A stretch of DNA of 61,637 bases, filler included, from Rhabdomonas costata (Eukaryota): NCBI GenBank assembly GCA_019059605.1. It is 23 parts of 23 records of this genome, joined end to end, with 100 filler letters (N's around TTAATTAATTAA, not from the genome) between each part and the next. Parts side by side here need not be neighbours in the genome. Positions count along the whole stretch, not along the records: positions 1 to 2,587 come from JAHMHO010002736.1; positions 2,688 to 5,271 come from JAHMHO010002737.1; positions 5,372 to 7,957 come from JAHMHO010002738.1; positions 8,058 to 10,642 come from JAHMHO010002739.1; positions 10,743 to 13,327 come from JAHMHO010002740.1; 18 more parts are not named here. One strand, given 5' to 3'. Made by a program: the position numbers and the translations under genes. Each line of letters begins with the position of its first letter. Within the stretch, counting starts at the first letter, position 1. The notes beneath the pieces are model-generated. The model did not search any database, was not told where the DNA came from, and saw nothing but the letters and a program-made list of their open reading frames with translations. Positions 1 through 12,378 of the stretch are shown here, one piece after another.

Positions 1-572
1 GGTTGGGTGTCTCGATTGTTGATGCGGTGAATCTATGAACTAATTTGTTTTGAGCTTAGCTCCTTCTCACAGGCCCCCATGCGCCATCGAGATTTTCATG
101 GAAAGCGAAGTTGGTTTTGTTGTGTCGAATAATTTGAAAATAGCCACTTAATATATTGTTCCTTGGTTCCTTTATCCAGTTGACCACCGTTCTGAAATTT
201 TGATTATTTTTTCGGGCCACTGGGTATGCCTTAGTGCACATGCACGGGATAAGGGTGCGCTGTGTTTTCATGTGCTTCATGGCTTTTGACAGGCAATCCG
301 TCATGTCCACCGGGAGGCCGGAAAGCTGGACTCCAGGGGGATCTTGCAGCTTCTACCTGTAGCAGAAATGGAAAGAGTTCGAGCACGCTTTCAGCAAGAC
401 GACGGGGTATCTGACCTCGTTTTTGCATGTGCAGATACCCACCGCATCAGGGTTCATTTTTCAATCAATCACTGTGGACGGTGACGCTCAGGAAGACGGT
501 GACGCCCATAAACGATCACGCCGCTGGTATTTTTCTTGACCCGTCTTGATTCGACTGCGACTCTTCACACAG

Positions 573-2558
573 GTTGACTTGGACACCTTTGTCAAGGAGA
601 TGCTTGGGGGCGTCTCCCATACCAAGAACATAACCTCCGAGGAGCGGACTCAACTGGCCAGCTATCTCACCGACCTCTTTCATTCCATTGGTGTGCAATG
701 GTGCTGTGTCGAATACAGATGGATAGATGCCTGTGGATCAACCCGCCCCACCGCATCATCGTCCTTACATAAATCCGTCACCAGAATTTGTTGGGACGAA
801 TTCCGCTCCCCTATTGGTTGGTAAACCGCTCCTTTGGCCCAGGATGACGGAGTAAGAGTCACAAAAAAATGGAGCCTCGGGTCATTTTACTTTCATGAAT
901 CGATGAGTATGGGCTTTCACCAGAATATGATATCTCGAAAGCTCAGAGTGAGGCACCACGGACATGCGCTCCTTGGCTGGCAATCGTTTTTGCTTTTTGG
1001 TGGGATTGTGTCAGATGTCAGTGCGAACGGAAGAGTGGACTGGAACGAGCTCTCGGAGTACCTCGTAAACACACACGACCGCGACATGGAGACCAGGTGT
1101 GTCTGTGTGACTCTTCCAAGCAGCCATTCAAAGCTTCGCCACGGAACAAGTCTCGGGCCATTAAAGCGCTCCGAGGCAACTTATGTCCCCAACCAGGCAC
1201 CTGCTGTCCCCTCATGTTCCACAGGTGAAGTCCTGGTTGGGGTGGGGCCAAAGTTGCCTTCAGCATAACACCTGAGCGAGACCAGCGTGTTAGACCGTCG
1301 ACGGATTCGAGCCCATTGTGGTGCCTGACAGTACCCGTACCAGTGTTTATCTTTTACACCCAACTCTGTGTGCGTGCACATCCACTCGGAAAAACGTGCT
1401 AAAATAACAGGTAAAGCTTCTTCCTGGACCAGACATCTCCTCCCATCTCCGGTCCAATTGTCTGCTGCTGCTCGTATGCTATTCCGCCTTGCCCACTTTT
1501 CTTATTCATTGCACTCTCCTATGACACATAAAATGCTGTGAAATGCCATAGGTTAGCTTGGCAGCATAGAGCCCTAACGTATTTGGGTGGTGCAATTCGG
1601 GCTCGTTGCTGCGGTGAAAGTATGGTCGCAACATAAGGCTTGCAAAATTGAAAGGACATCTGATTGCAATTCATTTTTTGTCTCTGGCTTTTGCTGTGGT
1701 GGGAAATGCATAATGCTACCATTCATTTTGCATCACTCCTCTCCATTGCTTTCCTTGAAGGATCTGAAGCAGGCCCGCACCTACCTCATGCTTCCAGGTC
1801 TGTATTGTGTAGAGTCGTGACTTGTGCGTGACTTGTGCGTGAGTATTTTTGTGGTTGAGAACATCGGGGGTCATACCTCCTTGGATTACCTTTGTGTTTG
1901 AAGTGCTTGCGCTTGTGGCCGCGACTTTGGCACAGGGGTACACTGATCGGAAAAGGGGGGAGAAACTAAATTGCAGAGGGATAGTACAGACACGAAGGGC
2001 AGGAGAAGGGACGAGCGGTGAGAAACGGAAAAAGGGGAAACTGAAGAGCGACGAGCGAGCAAGCGGCACAAATGGGGAGGAGGGGAGAAGGTGCCACGAG
2101 TTGGACGAATCGTTTCACGAAATGGGAGTGTGGGGGCGAGAGAGATGGAGAGAGAGAGAGAGAGAGAGAAGAGATGCGTATTAACAAGGTGGGGATTGAA
2201 GAAAGGGAAGGCGTCCAAATCTCTGCAACATCTAGAACCTGGGAGTTGCTGCCTATGGCCACGCAGCATGGGAAGAATGCGTCACGGTCGCGGTGATTAT
2301 GATATCGATTTGTTTTTCGACAGAACAGTTCTTTCTTTCGTCTTGAATGGTTTGCATACGGGTCTGCTCCTCTGTTGTGGGGCTGTCGCCGGTAGGGGGG
2401 GGGTAGCCTTTCGCACATGTTTCTCTTTTTGTAGGGAAGAGCTTCCTGCAGGGTGGGTTCTTTCCGGACAGCGACATTCGGGAGCTTTGTGAAGAGTTTC
2501 TGGAGGGAAGGCTGGAGGCCCTGAACCACCGTGTGGCTGGGGCCAACCGGCACCCCAA
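573..2558 (+). CDS. Partial multi-exon gene containing an EF-hand
   Basis: Exons 573-690 and 1015-1096 join across a GT-AG intron to give LTDLFHSI-DVSANGRVDWNELSEYLV, a canonical EF-hand loop. Further AG/GT-bounded candidate exons lie at about 1761-1797 and 2435-2558. Confidence 0.55.
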
Positions 2559-2587
2559 GTACCGCCTGCTGTAGCATATTCCCCTAA

Positions 2588-2687
2588 NNNNNNNNNNNNN
2601 NNNNNNNNNNNNNNNNNNNNNNNNNNNNNNNTTAATTAATTAANNNNNNNNNNNNNNNNNNNNNNNNNNNNNNNNNNNNNNNNNNNN
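2588..2687. other. Artificial contig spacer (N-run + TTAATTAATTAA + N-run); first of 22 such linkers recurring about every 2.68 kb
   Basis: TTAATTAATTAA gives stops in all six frames and is flanked by about 44 N on each side. It recurs at about 5316, 8002, 10687, 13372, 16058, 18731, 21415, 24102, 26786, 29469, 32152, 34861, 37544, 40227, 42909, 45591, 48276, 50957, 53639, 56320 and 59001. Confidence 0.99.
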
Positions 2688-3671
2688 CAGCCCAAGTCTG
2701 GACGCGGTGTCCTGGTACCTGGCGTGGAGCTTCGTCGTGAGAGACCTCGAGGAGGCCTCCCTGACGGTGACAGTGGGTAGGCCGTCCCGCCTGCGGCCAG
2801 GGGAACGCTTTGCCAGTACACAAAAGCTCTCAAGGGTGGTCTGCCCGGACGTCGGACACCGACTTTTCAATTCGAGAAGGCAGGAACTGCTCATTTGGGT
2901 GCTCTGTGTTGTCTGGCACTCAGCATGTAAACCACACCTGCAGTAAACCACATGCTGCTTCCACCCGAATTTTTGTCTGTTGACGTCTCGGGGGGTTTGC
3001 CCTTAATGCCAGATCCTGAGGACCCTTACCTTTGCTGCTTCACTTCTGGCCTTTACGGGCGAAAAGGGGTTTTTGCGACGACCTTGGATATGCCTTAAGC
3101 CGGGGTTTTGCGTTTGCCGTGTGGAGTCCCGCCTCCTACACTTAGCATCCAGCTGACCTTTTCGTCGAGTGCACAGTGCTTCACTTGCTCTCGACAGCTA
3201 CCGCGTTCATCCCCCGCATCTCAGCTCTTCTTTTGCGGGACGTTCGGTGCCCCCCAGCTAGGGCACATTGAGAGTGGTCGGGTTGAAAACAGGCATGGAA
3301 TTTTCTGTCGGAAATTCCCTGAAATTGGCTGATAAAATGAAAATGGACCTCAGCGGCCAACCAACTCATCTTAGTACTGTCTTATCAAACGTGAGCCCCA
3401 ACCCCTCATTCAGTTCTGACGACGGCGGTATATCTCCGGGCCGGGCCGGGCCGGATTGTCCGATCTCGGACCGAAACAAGTGGTCCAGCCCCTACACTAG
3501 TGCGTTTCTCCCTGGCCCTTACTCCCTACGCACTATTGGCAGCTCTCTCTTTCTTTGTGTCTTTCCTCCTCAGGTCATTCCCCTCGGGAACCTCCGACTC
3601 GGCGCGGCCCATACTCAACGTGTTGCCCTTCCGATGGGCACGCTCTCCGTCTGCCTACAGCCACACCCCAG
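2688..3671 (+). CDS. Partial spliced gene, possibly C2-domain-like
   Basis: GC-rich segments bounded by GT/AG read WSFVVRDLEEASLTVTV and VIPLGNLRLGAAHTQRVALPMGTLSVCL, reminiscent of the C-terminal strands of a C2 domain. The resemblance is weak. Confidence 0.25.
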
Positions 3672-5946
3672 GTCCGACTCTACACAGCCCAGGAAGGCTT
3701 TTGTGGTGGCAACCTCCTCCCCGATGGCTACCAGCAGCAGGCGTGCCCGGTTGTCCAGCTGGGCAGCCCACCTGCGAGGACTATGGGATCGAAGGTCCGT
3801 CTCGGAGGCTACTCCGCAGATTCTCAGCGTGAGCAGCACCTGCACGGTAGAGGTCGGTCCCCGCCTGCCGTAGTGGCGAGTGGATTTTGTGTGTACTTCC
3901 CCCCCCCCTTTTTTGTGTGTACTTCTCTTTTAGCCCTTGTGTGAGTTGCCCAGCTGTGCGAACGCTGACTCTGTGAGACTTGTAGCTGTCGCCATGACAC
4001 CCCTTCTTTGAAGTACACCTTTTTCGCGTCTCTGGAACGATTTTTGAAGGCTTTCTTGCCACCTTCTATGAATAAACGAGGAAATATTGCGTCACGGGGG
4101 GAGCAGCGGCAATTGGCTCGTTCTCTAAGACGAAAGCTCACCATACCACACCACCCCTCAACACACCACATGACACTGCACCGCATCAACTGGGACCTGT
4201 ATGCTTTCGCGGTCCTGTATCGGAGGTACACACTTTTTTTTGTCATTTTAACTTTTCTCCTCCCCCACTCTCCCCACCTCCCGCTCTCACTTGTAACAGC
4301 GCATGTCGCCTTCACCTTTGCATCGCTGGCAGATGGCCCAGCGGACCCCCATTTCGCTTCAGCTCAACCACAGGGATGGCTTGCTAGGTTGAGTAGCTGA
4401 GACCTGTGGATGTGATAACCCAACATCTCCAGAGGACACTTGGTTTTGATCTTTTGAAACTCCACACCCTCTCCCTATACAAACTTCTTTCCTGTCCTGT
4501 TCGCTACGGGCTGCTCAGGTGCAGGTGTCAGCACGTTTTATTTTGCTGAAAGAGAGAGAGAGAGAGAGACAAATGGTTTTGTGGTCGTGGATCCGGATCC
4601 GGATCTCGCCGATCTTTTGGGTCTTTTGAGCAGACTTCGGGTTGTTTGCTCTGTGCACAGCATGCCCAGCGGTGTCCACTTACACTTCACAAGCTGGGAG
4701 CCAGCACTAGCTCTAGGCGTACTGCGTGTATCATGAGTCCCCTTGCGTTCACTGCTGAAGTAGATTCCAAAACACCCTTTGTGGCCCCGTTCGGCCCCGA
4801 TACCCGCGCGTACACAACATTCCTGTGTGGACGTATATCCTTGAGGCACCCGAGTTGTATCCCTGTCACTGTGTTTGCCAAGCTCAGGCTTCTTGGTCGC
4901 GGGGAAGAAACTGAAAGGCAGCGGATGGAAAGGCCACCTGGTTTAAAATGTGTCATCCCCGTGGACCCAGATGTCAGTCCCCCCCCCCCGACGATATTTC
5001 AGCCCTCCCACACAAAAGGAGCAACGTTCGTTCGGGATACGTTTTCATGGGTTTCGCGAGTCCTGACTATGGAGATCGCTTTACCCTCGGGGCCCATTTA
5101 TTTTTCGAGCGACCCGACTTCGCCCGATCCCACCCATTAGCAATGTTGCAGATTAGTATTACTGTTGAATTACGGCCTCTCATTTGGTGTTGGTGTGAAA
5201 TCAGGCTGCAGCTCTACGCCTTGATATCTGCACATGTGGCAGTGGTTTAGCCATCTGCGGGCCAGAAATCGNNNNNNNNNNNNNNNNNNNNNNNNNNNNN
5301 NNNNNNNNNNNNNNNTTAATTAATTAANNNNNNNNNNNNNNNNNNNNNNNNNNNNNNNNNNNNNNNNNNNNGTGGGGTTTTCAATTTTACAGTCGGCTGT
5401 GCATTTTTGCGCAGGATCCTTCCTGACTGCTCTTTTTCTTGCTTTGTTTTCTCTGCTTGTGTGATCCGTTTTGACTCTGTGCTGACTTCGCGCTCAGCGT
5501 TCGATGCCAAGTCAAACCTCGGAAAGTAGTGGAGACGTCACTTCGGTACCACATTTCTACTGCGCTGTGTTTGTGCTTATTTCGTGTGCTTTCCTGTCCT
5601 TGAGCTTGAGCACGTCTCGTGCGGCGCCCGCTTTCCTTCGATTCCGCCTGTTGTGGAAAGAGTTCTCCGGCAGCCTTTGGGCGTCGGTGGCGACTTATTT
5701 GTGCACAAGTGGAGCGTTCGGTTCCATTCAAATCTGATTCGATTGAGGTTCTACTCTTGGAATGCTTAGGTGTATGTTCTCTGCGCGAATAGCAACGCAG
5801 GTCGTCGCCATACCAAAGAGTAAGTGGTGCCAGTGGACTTGTGTGTTGATCCAAAATATATTCCACGAAAGTAATATGAAATCAGCCAGGGAGTTCCTCT
5901 GCTCCACAGCGCTGTCCAAAGATGATGTGAATCATACAATTTTCAG

Positions 5947-6500
5947 GTGAAGGACGACGCCTCGCAAGCATCGCGGCAGAGTGGTCTGGAGGTTCCACCT
6001 GCCTCGGATGCCAACCGGAAACCGTCGAGCGGCAAGTACCGCCCCGAGGCGTCTGCACTGTCCAGCGATGTGCATTGCGTGAGATCACGTGCAACCGCAA
6101 ACGTACCTCGTCAACCGTTGTTAAGCGTGATGCGCTTCGAATGAATTCGGATGAACTTTGGCCTCGTCTGTGCTCCTGCTCCCTCCGGGTGCGGCTTCCT
6201 TGCGATCCGTGCAATGGTATTTGAATTGTGAGGTTTGGGAACCTTTCATGGGACGACCCTTTGAGGGGGAGGGAGTTGTGAATCCTGGTTGTCTGCTTCC
6301 CAGCCTTCACGCAGCTCGTTGGCCCCACCCCGTGACGACATGGCCCCTCCCCACGACGGCTGCGTTGACGGACTAGCAATTCCGGTGCCCAGCTCCGGAC
6401 TCGCTAAAGCCCCTGCTTCCACCGGTCCACCAGCGGCAGCCTCTCCTCCCGAGGCAGAGGAGGAGGAGACCGAGGAGCTCCTGCAAGGCCTCGACTCCAG
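5947..6500 (+). CDS. Candidate exons of a hypothetical low-complexity (Pro/Ala/Glu-rich) protein
   Basis: AG-preceded, GT-followed GC-rich blocks at about 5947-6035 and 6304-6500 (PPAAASPPEAEEEETEELLQGLDS). No recognisable domain. Confidence 0.3.
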
Positions 6501-8454
6501 GTCAGCAGTGGGTCTCGGGTCTCAATCGAAGAGGAGGGTTCATTTTTGTTGGATGATTGATCCGCCAAAAGGACTGCCGGTGAGACTGCAGCTTGTAGTC
6601 CCCATCGTGTGAAGTGGGTGGCATTTGAGGTGCGATGGTTGCTGTTTTGCTGGAAGGCTGTGTTGTGCAATACTCTGCAGTACAGTAGAAAAACGATCAT
6701 CTCCAGAACAAGAAGATCAAACATAGGGCATCTGCAAAATGAAAATGGCGTAAAAGAAAAAGAGCCGCTCCACTTGAAAGTCGCTCCACATGTTTAACAT
6801 GGGGGTGCGCGCCCTTGCTTCGTTTCGGGTGCGAGCGAGTCTCATGGGTTTTGCTTCCAGGCTTTAATCTTACAACACACAAAACTCTTCCTGGGGGACC
6901 CCGGCTGACTAACCCTTACCCTCTGCAATGACCCAGCCTCACTTTGGATGTGCACATTAAGACTTTGAGCTTCAGTTCGCTTCCTTCTCTGGAGGATGTG
7001 CCGGACTGTCGAGGGAAGGGGAAGGCCCTCCTGAGGAGTCAATCCTGGCTCTCGGGGAACCTGGTAGTGTCTTGCGGTCTCTTACGTTCGATGGTAGTTC
7101 CCTCTCTGCCCTTATCTTCCCGCCGAGCGTGATTTAGATAAGCTTTGCGTGAATGCCTTGTGCTGCTTTGTCTTTTTGCCCCTAGACCGGGGTAAATAAC
7201 CCTACCTTCGTCGCCGTCGCCAGCAGCCAACGCGTTGTGCATCCAACACACGTGGATCGTACAGATCGTACACTTTACACCGTGAACTCAGAACACTTGC
7301 CTATTTTTTTTTAAAGTATGTCATTTGCTTACATACCAGCCTGCCGGCATTGTTCAGTGTTCCCAGGACTTCCTGGGAAACTCGTAACGTAAGGGTATTT
7401 GCGCCCCAAAACCCAGAAGAACGCAGGTGACGTATGTAAATACCATCAACTTCGTCTGGCGATTGTATGGTAAAGTGGGTGTTACCTGCCCTTTTGTCTA
7501 CTTTTATTTAAAGACCCATTTTAACCCATTGGCGCCGAAGGCATATTTTTTGGTTAGGTGGGTATTGCAGTCAAGAGGCTGCACGTCCGGGAAGGTCAAA
7601 TAGGGAGTTTTTGATTGTTGGGTCGAAAATGGAAGTGGCCGTTCTGAGCTTGCTGTGTGTCGTTCTCTACTAAATTCTGCGTGTCTTTCAGAAACTGCTG
7701 TGTTCTCAGAGAGCAGGGAACACTTTCCACGACAATAGTTGTGCACAGGGCCAACGTTCATAGTTCTAAGACGACACAAAAGGAACGCAGCTGCGAGAAA
7801 ACAACAACTTCGGAATGTGTATATACATGGCAACCCTTCTTTGGGGGCAGTGAGGCCTTCAGCCTGGCTGAGCCTGAGCGGGCCCCGGTGGGCTCGCGGG
7901 GGGCTGAGGCGCGGCGGGTGGACTTCCGGGGGCTCCCCGATGCGCTCCGCAGGGCCGNNNNNNNNNNNNNNNNNNNNNNNNNNNNNNNNNNNNNNNNNNN
8001 NTTAATTAATTAANNNNNNNNNNNNNNNNNNNNNNNNNNNNNNNNNNNNNNNNNNNNTGTTGGTTGGGAATCCAGGAGGTCTTCCGGTCCTCCAGCGTTC
8101 CCAACCAACGCATTGAGCTTCTCTTGCTAGCCCTGGACACTCAGGAGAAAAAAATGCTTCGCCCAGATTTTGTTGATGATTATTCTCGAGATTACTCGAA
8201 GCATCCTCTCAGCTCCAGGTTCGTGTCTTTCAAGCGTTTGATGAGGTGCTTTCGACTAGTGGTGTCCTTTTGACATCTTCCTGATTTCCGGGAGGAATAC
8301 ACTGACACACGGGAATCGACACCAGACGCACCTCAGGTAGGGAGCTCGAAGGAGTCGATTCAGCTGGAGAGGGCACGAAGGGGCAGCAATGCAAACTTAG
8401 ACATGTGCTGGCACAGTAACGCCTGCAGCACCGGGCAACAAAGGGAGGTTACCG

Positions 8455-8616
8455 CACGTGGAACGCTCGGCGGTGACCTGTCGATACCCCACGGCGTTCT
8501 CTCCATTGGTGCCTCTCGTGAGCTCTCGTGTGGCCGACAGTACGTGCGCCCGTCAGTCTACAGCGGTCACCTACAGTCCATTAGGTAGCAGCCAGCGCGC
8601 CATGAGCCCAATACAT
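8455..8616 (-). repeat. Dispersed repeat family A, copy
   Basis: The reverse complement carries the family motifs gcgcgctggctg, ggtgacc, gactgacgggcgcacg and tcaccgccgagcgttc. Confidence 0.8.
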
Positions 8617-9468
8617 AAACAGGCATCCATTTCAGTTTGGTTTCTATTTTTGATGGCAGGGGTCCCCCCGAATCCATTGCCATACCCTGGAACGTGGCCG
8701 TTTGCCCTGCTGTGGTGAAGGCGCTGAAGGAGCGCGGGTACACTCAGACCAACAAATTGAATCGTGTGCTTCTGGGGAAGGCTAACTTTAAGAAGGTCTA
8801 CGGCTTGCAGCTTCACTCTGACTCGGCGGCCGTGGTGGCTGTCTCCAGGCTACTGGGGCGCTGAAAGTAGGGGTGCGGCGTCTTCACAGTGTCCTTCGCG
8901 TACTGTTTCCAGACTCCCGTTCCGCGCGCGTGTGATTCACCGTGGGCGGCGTTTTGATTTATCAAATGCGTCGGAGTTAGGTGGCGGTGGATGGCGCTTC
9001 GGAGGAGCTCCTTGTGTTCTGTACTGCTGTCCTTCTGTCCGGCATCTCTGCCTTCCTTGGAAATCGGTGGAAATATGCCCTCGAAATATGCCCTCAAACG
9101 AAGTGCTTTTCAATCCGGTTAGAATGCTCAGAATAAACCAGTAAACCGGTGCATCAAATTGGGAGAATGCACCACTTCAGGGTTTTTATGCGGAGCATTT
9201 CACTTCTGAAAGGGTTTCTCTTGTTGTTTTTTTGCTTCTGATTTGCTTGCTGTGTTATATTTCGTTCTGTGCTCCTCTCCTCCCCCCTCTCCACCCGCTC
9301 TCTCTCAATCTCTGTGTGTGTGACACCGAGAGGCTAGATGCTCTTTTGGTGAGTTCTCGTACCGCTAAGGGAAATACTCCGGCCTCCACACGCTTCTACT
9401 CTTAGCCTCTACCACCTGCCCGTCTTCTCTTCTGACTTGCGGCCAACTCAAGGAAGTCTGTGCAGAAA

Positions 9469-10445
9469 ATGGGCGGCGCATGCTCATTTGATAGCATCCG
9501 GCTGACCAAGGCCTCCCACCAGGACGAGTTTGAGGAGGAAGAGGATGACCTGCTTCCCCCGCACACCGTGCTGATCATTCAGCGGTGGCTGAAGCTTGTG
9601 CAAGAGCAGTACGTCGGCTCCTCTCTCGGGGCTGTGGGGGTGGGATGGGTGCACTGGATCCAGACCCCTGGCTTTTTTCAAGTTTATCGTCCCCAACCCT
9701 CTTCTAGCCCCAGAGGCAGTCCGGAACTCCCCATATCGCCTCGATCCCACAATGGGTTGGGATTCGAATCCAGGGAGCCCATCAGTCTCTAGTAATATTG
9801 TAATAAAAGCATATAAAATATAAAATATAAATAAAAGTTTGCAAGTGTTGCTGCCCCCTTTACTTTTCGCGGGTTTGGCCAACATGCCACCCCTAAGCCG
9901 TGGTTCCTTCTTGAAGGTCTATGTGTTTCTCCTGCTTCATGGATTTTTTTGCATGCCCGCTTTCTTCTGGACTTCCCGGAAAAACCAAGGTGCAAGCCCA
10001 GCATTGACGAACTGGAACATAGTCCCCCACCAGCTGCTGAGGAAACCGACGACGTCCTATCCGCGAAGGACTCCACCAGCGCCATGGACGAGGATTCCGC
10101 GCTGCGCTCCCGCGAGCGCTCCGACTCCCTGTCAATCATCAACGTCCAAAATCATGTCAGACTGCTGCAGCAGCAGGTGGGCTTCTCCCCCCCCCTCCCC
10201 CGGGCAATGGGACCACCGATAGTTAGCGGTCGACAGATGATGTACTGACGGATGAGTTTTGTCTCCGTTTTATTCTTCCTATTCATTTGGCATGTAATTC
10301 GTTTTTGGCGCTCTTTCAGGACCGGGCCAGTGGTGGGGCGCCGCCGGACGGCAGCTTCCGGATCATCGCCACACCCGCCCGCAAACGGGTGCCTGGGCCA
10401 GGCAGCCCTCCCGCCGTTCCCGCTGAGCCCACGTCTGCTGACCGG
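9469..10445 (+). CDS. 5' part of a spliced gene with an MGGACS N-terminus (possible myristoylation/palmitoylation)
   Basis: Phase-consistent GT-AG exons at 9469-9608, 9990-10176 and 10320-10445. An AG lies 3 nt before the ATG, downstream of pyrimidine tracts. Confidence 0.5.
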
Positions 10446-11266
10446 GTCGCCACGGGCAATTCCTTGGTCTGTCTGTTTTGCATGTAAAATGTTTCTTTGG
10501 ATTCTAGAAGGTTGATGCAACTGCCGACCACCAAATATTAAGAACCTGCACAGTTCCTTGCAAAAAAAAGGCTACAGGAGGTCTTTGGTGCACATCTCCC
10601 GTTAGCCCCCTTTGCTGGACGCTGGACGGGCATGAATCATCGNNNNNNNNNNNNNNNNNNNNNNNNNNNNNNNNNNNNNNNNNNNNTTAATTAATTAANN
10701 NNNNNNNNNNNNNNNNNNNNNNNNNNNNNNNNNNNNNNNNNNGGGTTTTGGTAGCGCATCAGAGCTGGACGTTGGGACAGTGTACTTGTTCCCGAGGAGG
10801 GGTTTTTGGGCTCGCAGGGGGTTGGAAGCGATGCATGTGCCCAGCAAGAGTTCATTAAACTTGCAAGGCGTTTGGGGGCGATGCAGGTGATAAAGCGAGT
10901 TGCGTACGAGCTCCAAGGACCATTTCGGTGCTGTTGCACTGCATTCCCTCTTTTGTTTCATTTGTTTCATCAGATGTGCTAATTCCTTGTTCCTGCGTGG
11001 GCTCCAGCGGGCGCATGTTCGTTAGGAGCTGGTCCTTAGTCAGCGGCCGTTTTGAGACGCTCACTCCCAAAACTAATCCCTTTTCTTCGCAGCGACTGTG
11101 GTTTTGTAGCCAATCTCAGGTCCTTACCTCGCGAAAGGGCTACAATCCCGCACACACATGGCGGTGGATAAAACCTAAAAAGAAAACAATTTATGTAGAA
11201 CACGCCAAAGAACAAGAGATGCACAGACCTGTCCCCTGCCCCTCCGAGGGCGACACGCCCGCACAC

Positions 11267-12378
11267 CTGGCGGCCCTCTGGACCAGCCCCTTCAGCTTGG
11301 CCAGGTCGGCGCCCATGATCCGCCCCACCTCTGACTTCCCCGAGAAGAGAATGAACGTGGGCATCGCGGTGATACGGAAGGCCTTTGTGAGCTCAGGGCA
11401 CTCGTCAACGTCCACCTGTTTGTGCGTGGCCGCGGTGGAACTCATGGGGTGCTGATAATAGCAAATTCTGAACATATCAGAAGACACACTTCCCTGTCCC
11501 AGCATGAGGGCAACTGCTGAACCCCTCAGTCTGTGTGTTTGTGTTGGCAACGCGCCTTGGCTGTCACCTGGCTGGCTGGCTGGGGGGGACCTGTCGACTG
11601 ACGGACGCACGCACAGGTGTTCGTGGGAGGTATCTTCGGAGTTCGCGGTGCCGTCGGGGCATCGCGGACCGGCTCACCGCCGAGCGTTCTGAACGCAATA
11701 ACATCCGTCTGCCCCACGGGTCCCGGGCCTTTGTCGGGCAGCCACTTTGTGATTGGTTGGTTGGTTGGTTGGTTGGTTGGTTGGTTGGTTGGTTGGTTGA
11801 CTGATTGTGCACCAGCTACTACTCCTGCGGCCCACGCTTGCACGTATGTGTTGGGCGCATTGCGCGCTGGCTGTTGCTTGCTTGACTGGTTGCTTAGTTG
11901 TTGGTGACCAGTGTGGACTGACGGGCGCACGCGCTGTTGGCCACGGGTGCTCGCGAGAGGTGCCGTTGGAGCGAACGGCGCTGTGCCTGTGTGTGCGGCC
12001 CCTGAAACACCTTGAATACACCTTGGATACACCTCGTACTCGTAGGCAACGAGAGAATAAAGGAGAGAATCCTTAAAAGCTACACAGCATCTCCCTTCGG
12101 CGTTAGTCCAAAGGGAATATCACTCCGACAAGCAAAACCGAGCCCTTTAATCGCGAGGACTGAGGCTGAGCTTCCCAAACATCAAAGGTTGGAAGTCTTT
12201 CGCCGACCTGAAGGAAGATGAGATCGGGGTTCTGCTCGGACAGCTCGTCCACATGCGGCGCAATCTGCTTGCACGGCCCGCACCACTCCGCCGAGAAGTC
12301 CACCATCATGAACGGCATGCTCTCCAGCGCACGCTGGAAGGCCTCCACGGGGGTGCCGGCATCGACCCGTTTGGCCAT
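11267..12378 (-). CDS. trx: Thioredoxin (WCGPC), at least two exons
   Basis: Exon 12378-12208 reads MAKRV...VDFSAEWCGPCKQIAPHVDELSEQNPDLIFLQ. After a GT-AG intron, exon 11415-11267 reads VDVDECPELTKAFRITAMPTFILF...IMGADLAKL. The 3' end is uncertain. Confidence 0.93.
11540..11745 (+). repeat. Dispersed repeat family A, copy inside the thioredoxin intron
   Basis: Contains gactgacggacgcacg...accggctcaccgccgagcgttc...gccccacgggtcccgggcctttgtcg, matching the reverse complement of 47860-48086. Confidence 0.8.
11753..11799 (+). repeat. (TTGG)n microsatellite
   Basis: About 11 tandem TTGG units lying between two family A copies. Confidence 0.95.
11846..11987 (+). repeat. Dispersed repeat family A, second copy in the thioredoxin intron
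   Basis: tgtgttgggcgcattgcgcgctggctgttgc...ggtgaccagtgtggactgacgggcgcacgcgctgttggccac...gaggtgccgttggagcgaacgg. Confidence 0.9.

Noticed and set aside
2140-2169. (GA)n and other microsatellites (4552, 22519, 32215, 50428, 51107)
   Set aside because: Ordinary simple repeats in introns or intergenic DNA.
2632-2643. Regularly spaced identical TTAATTAATTAA elements as a biological repeat or CRISPR-like array
   Set aside because: They are embedded in N-runs and are a six-frame stop linker used to concatenate contigs.
11526-12076. ORFs with NQPT / WLVG repeats
   Set aside because: They are translations of the (TTGG)n microsatellite and repeat family A inside an intron.
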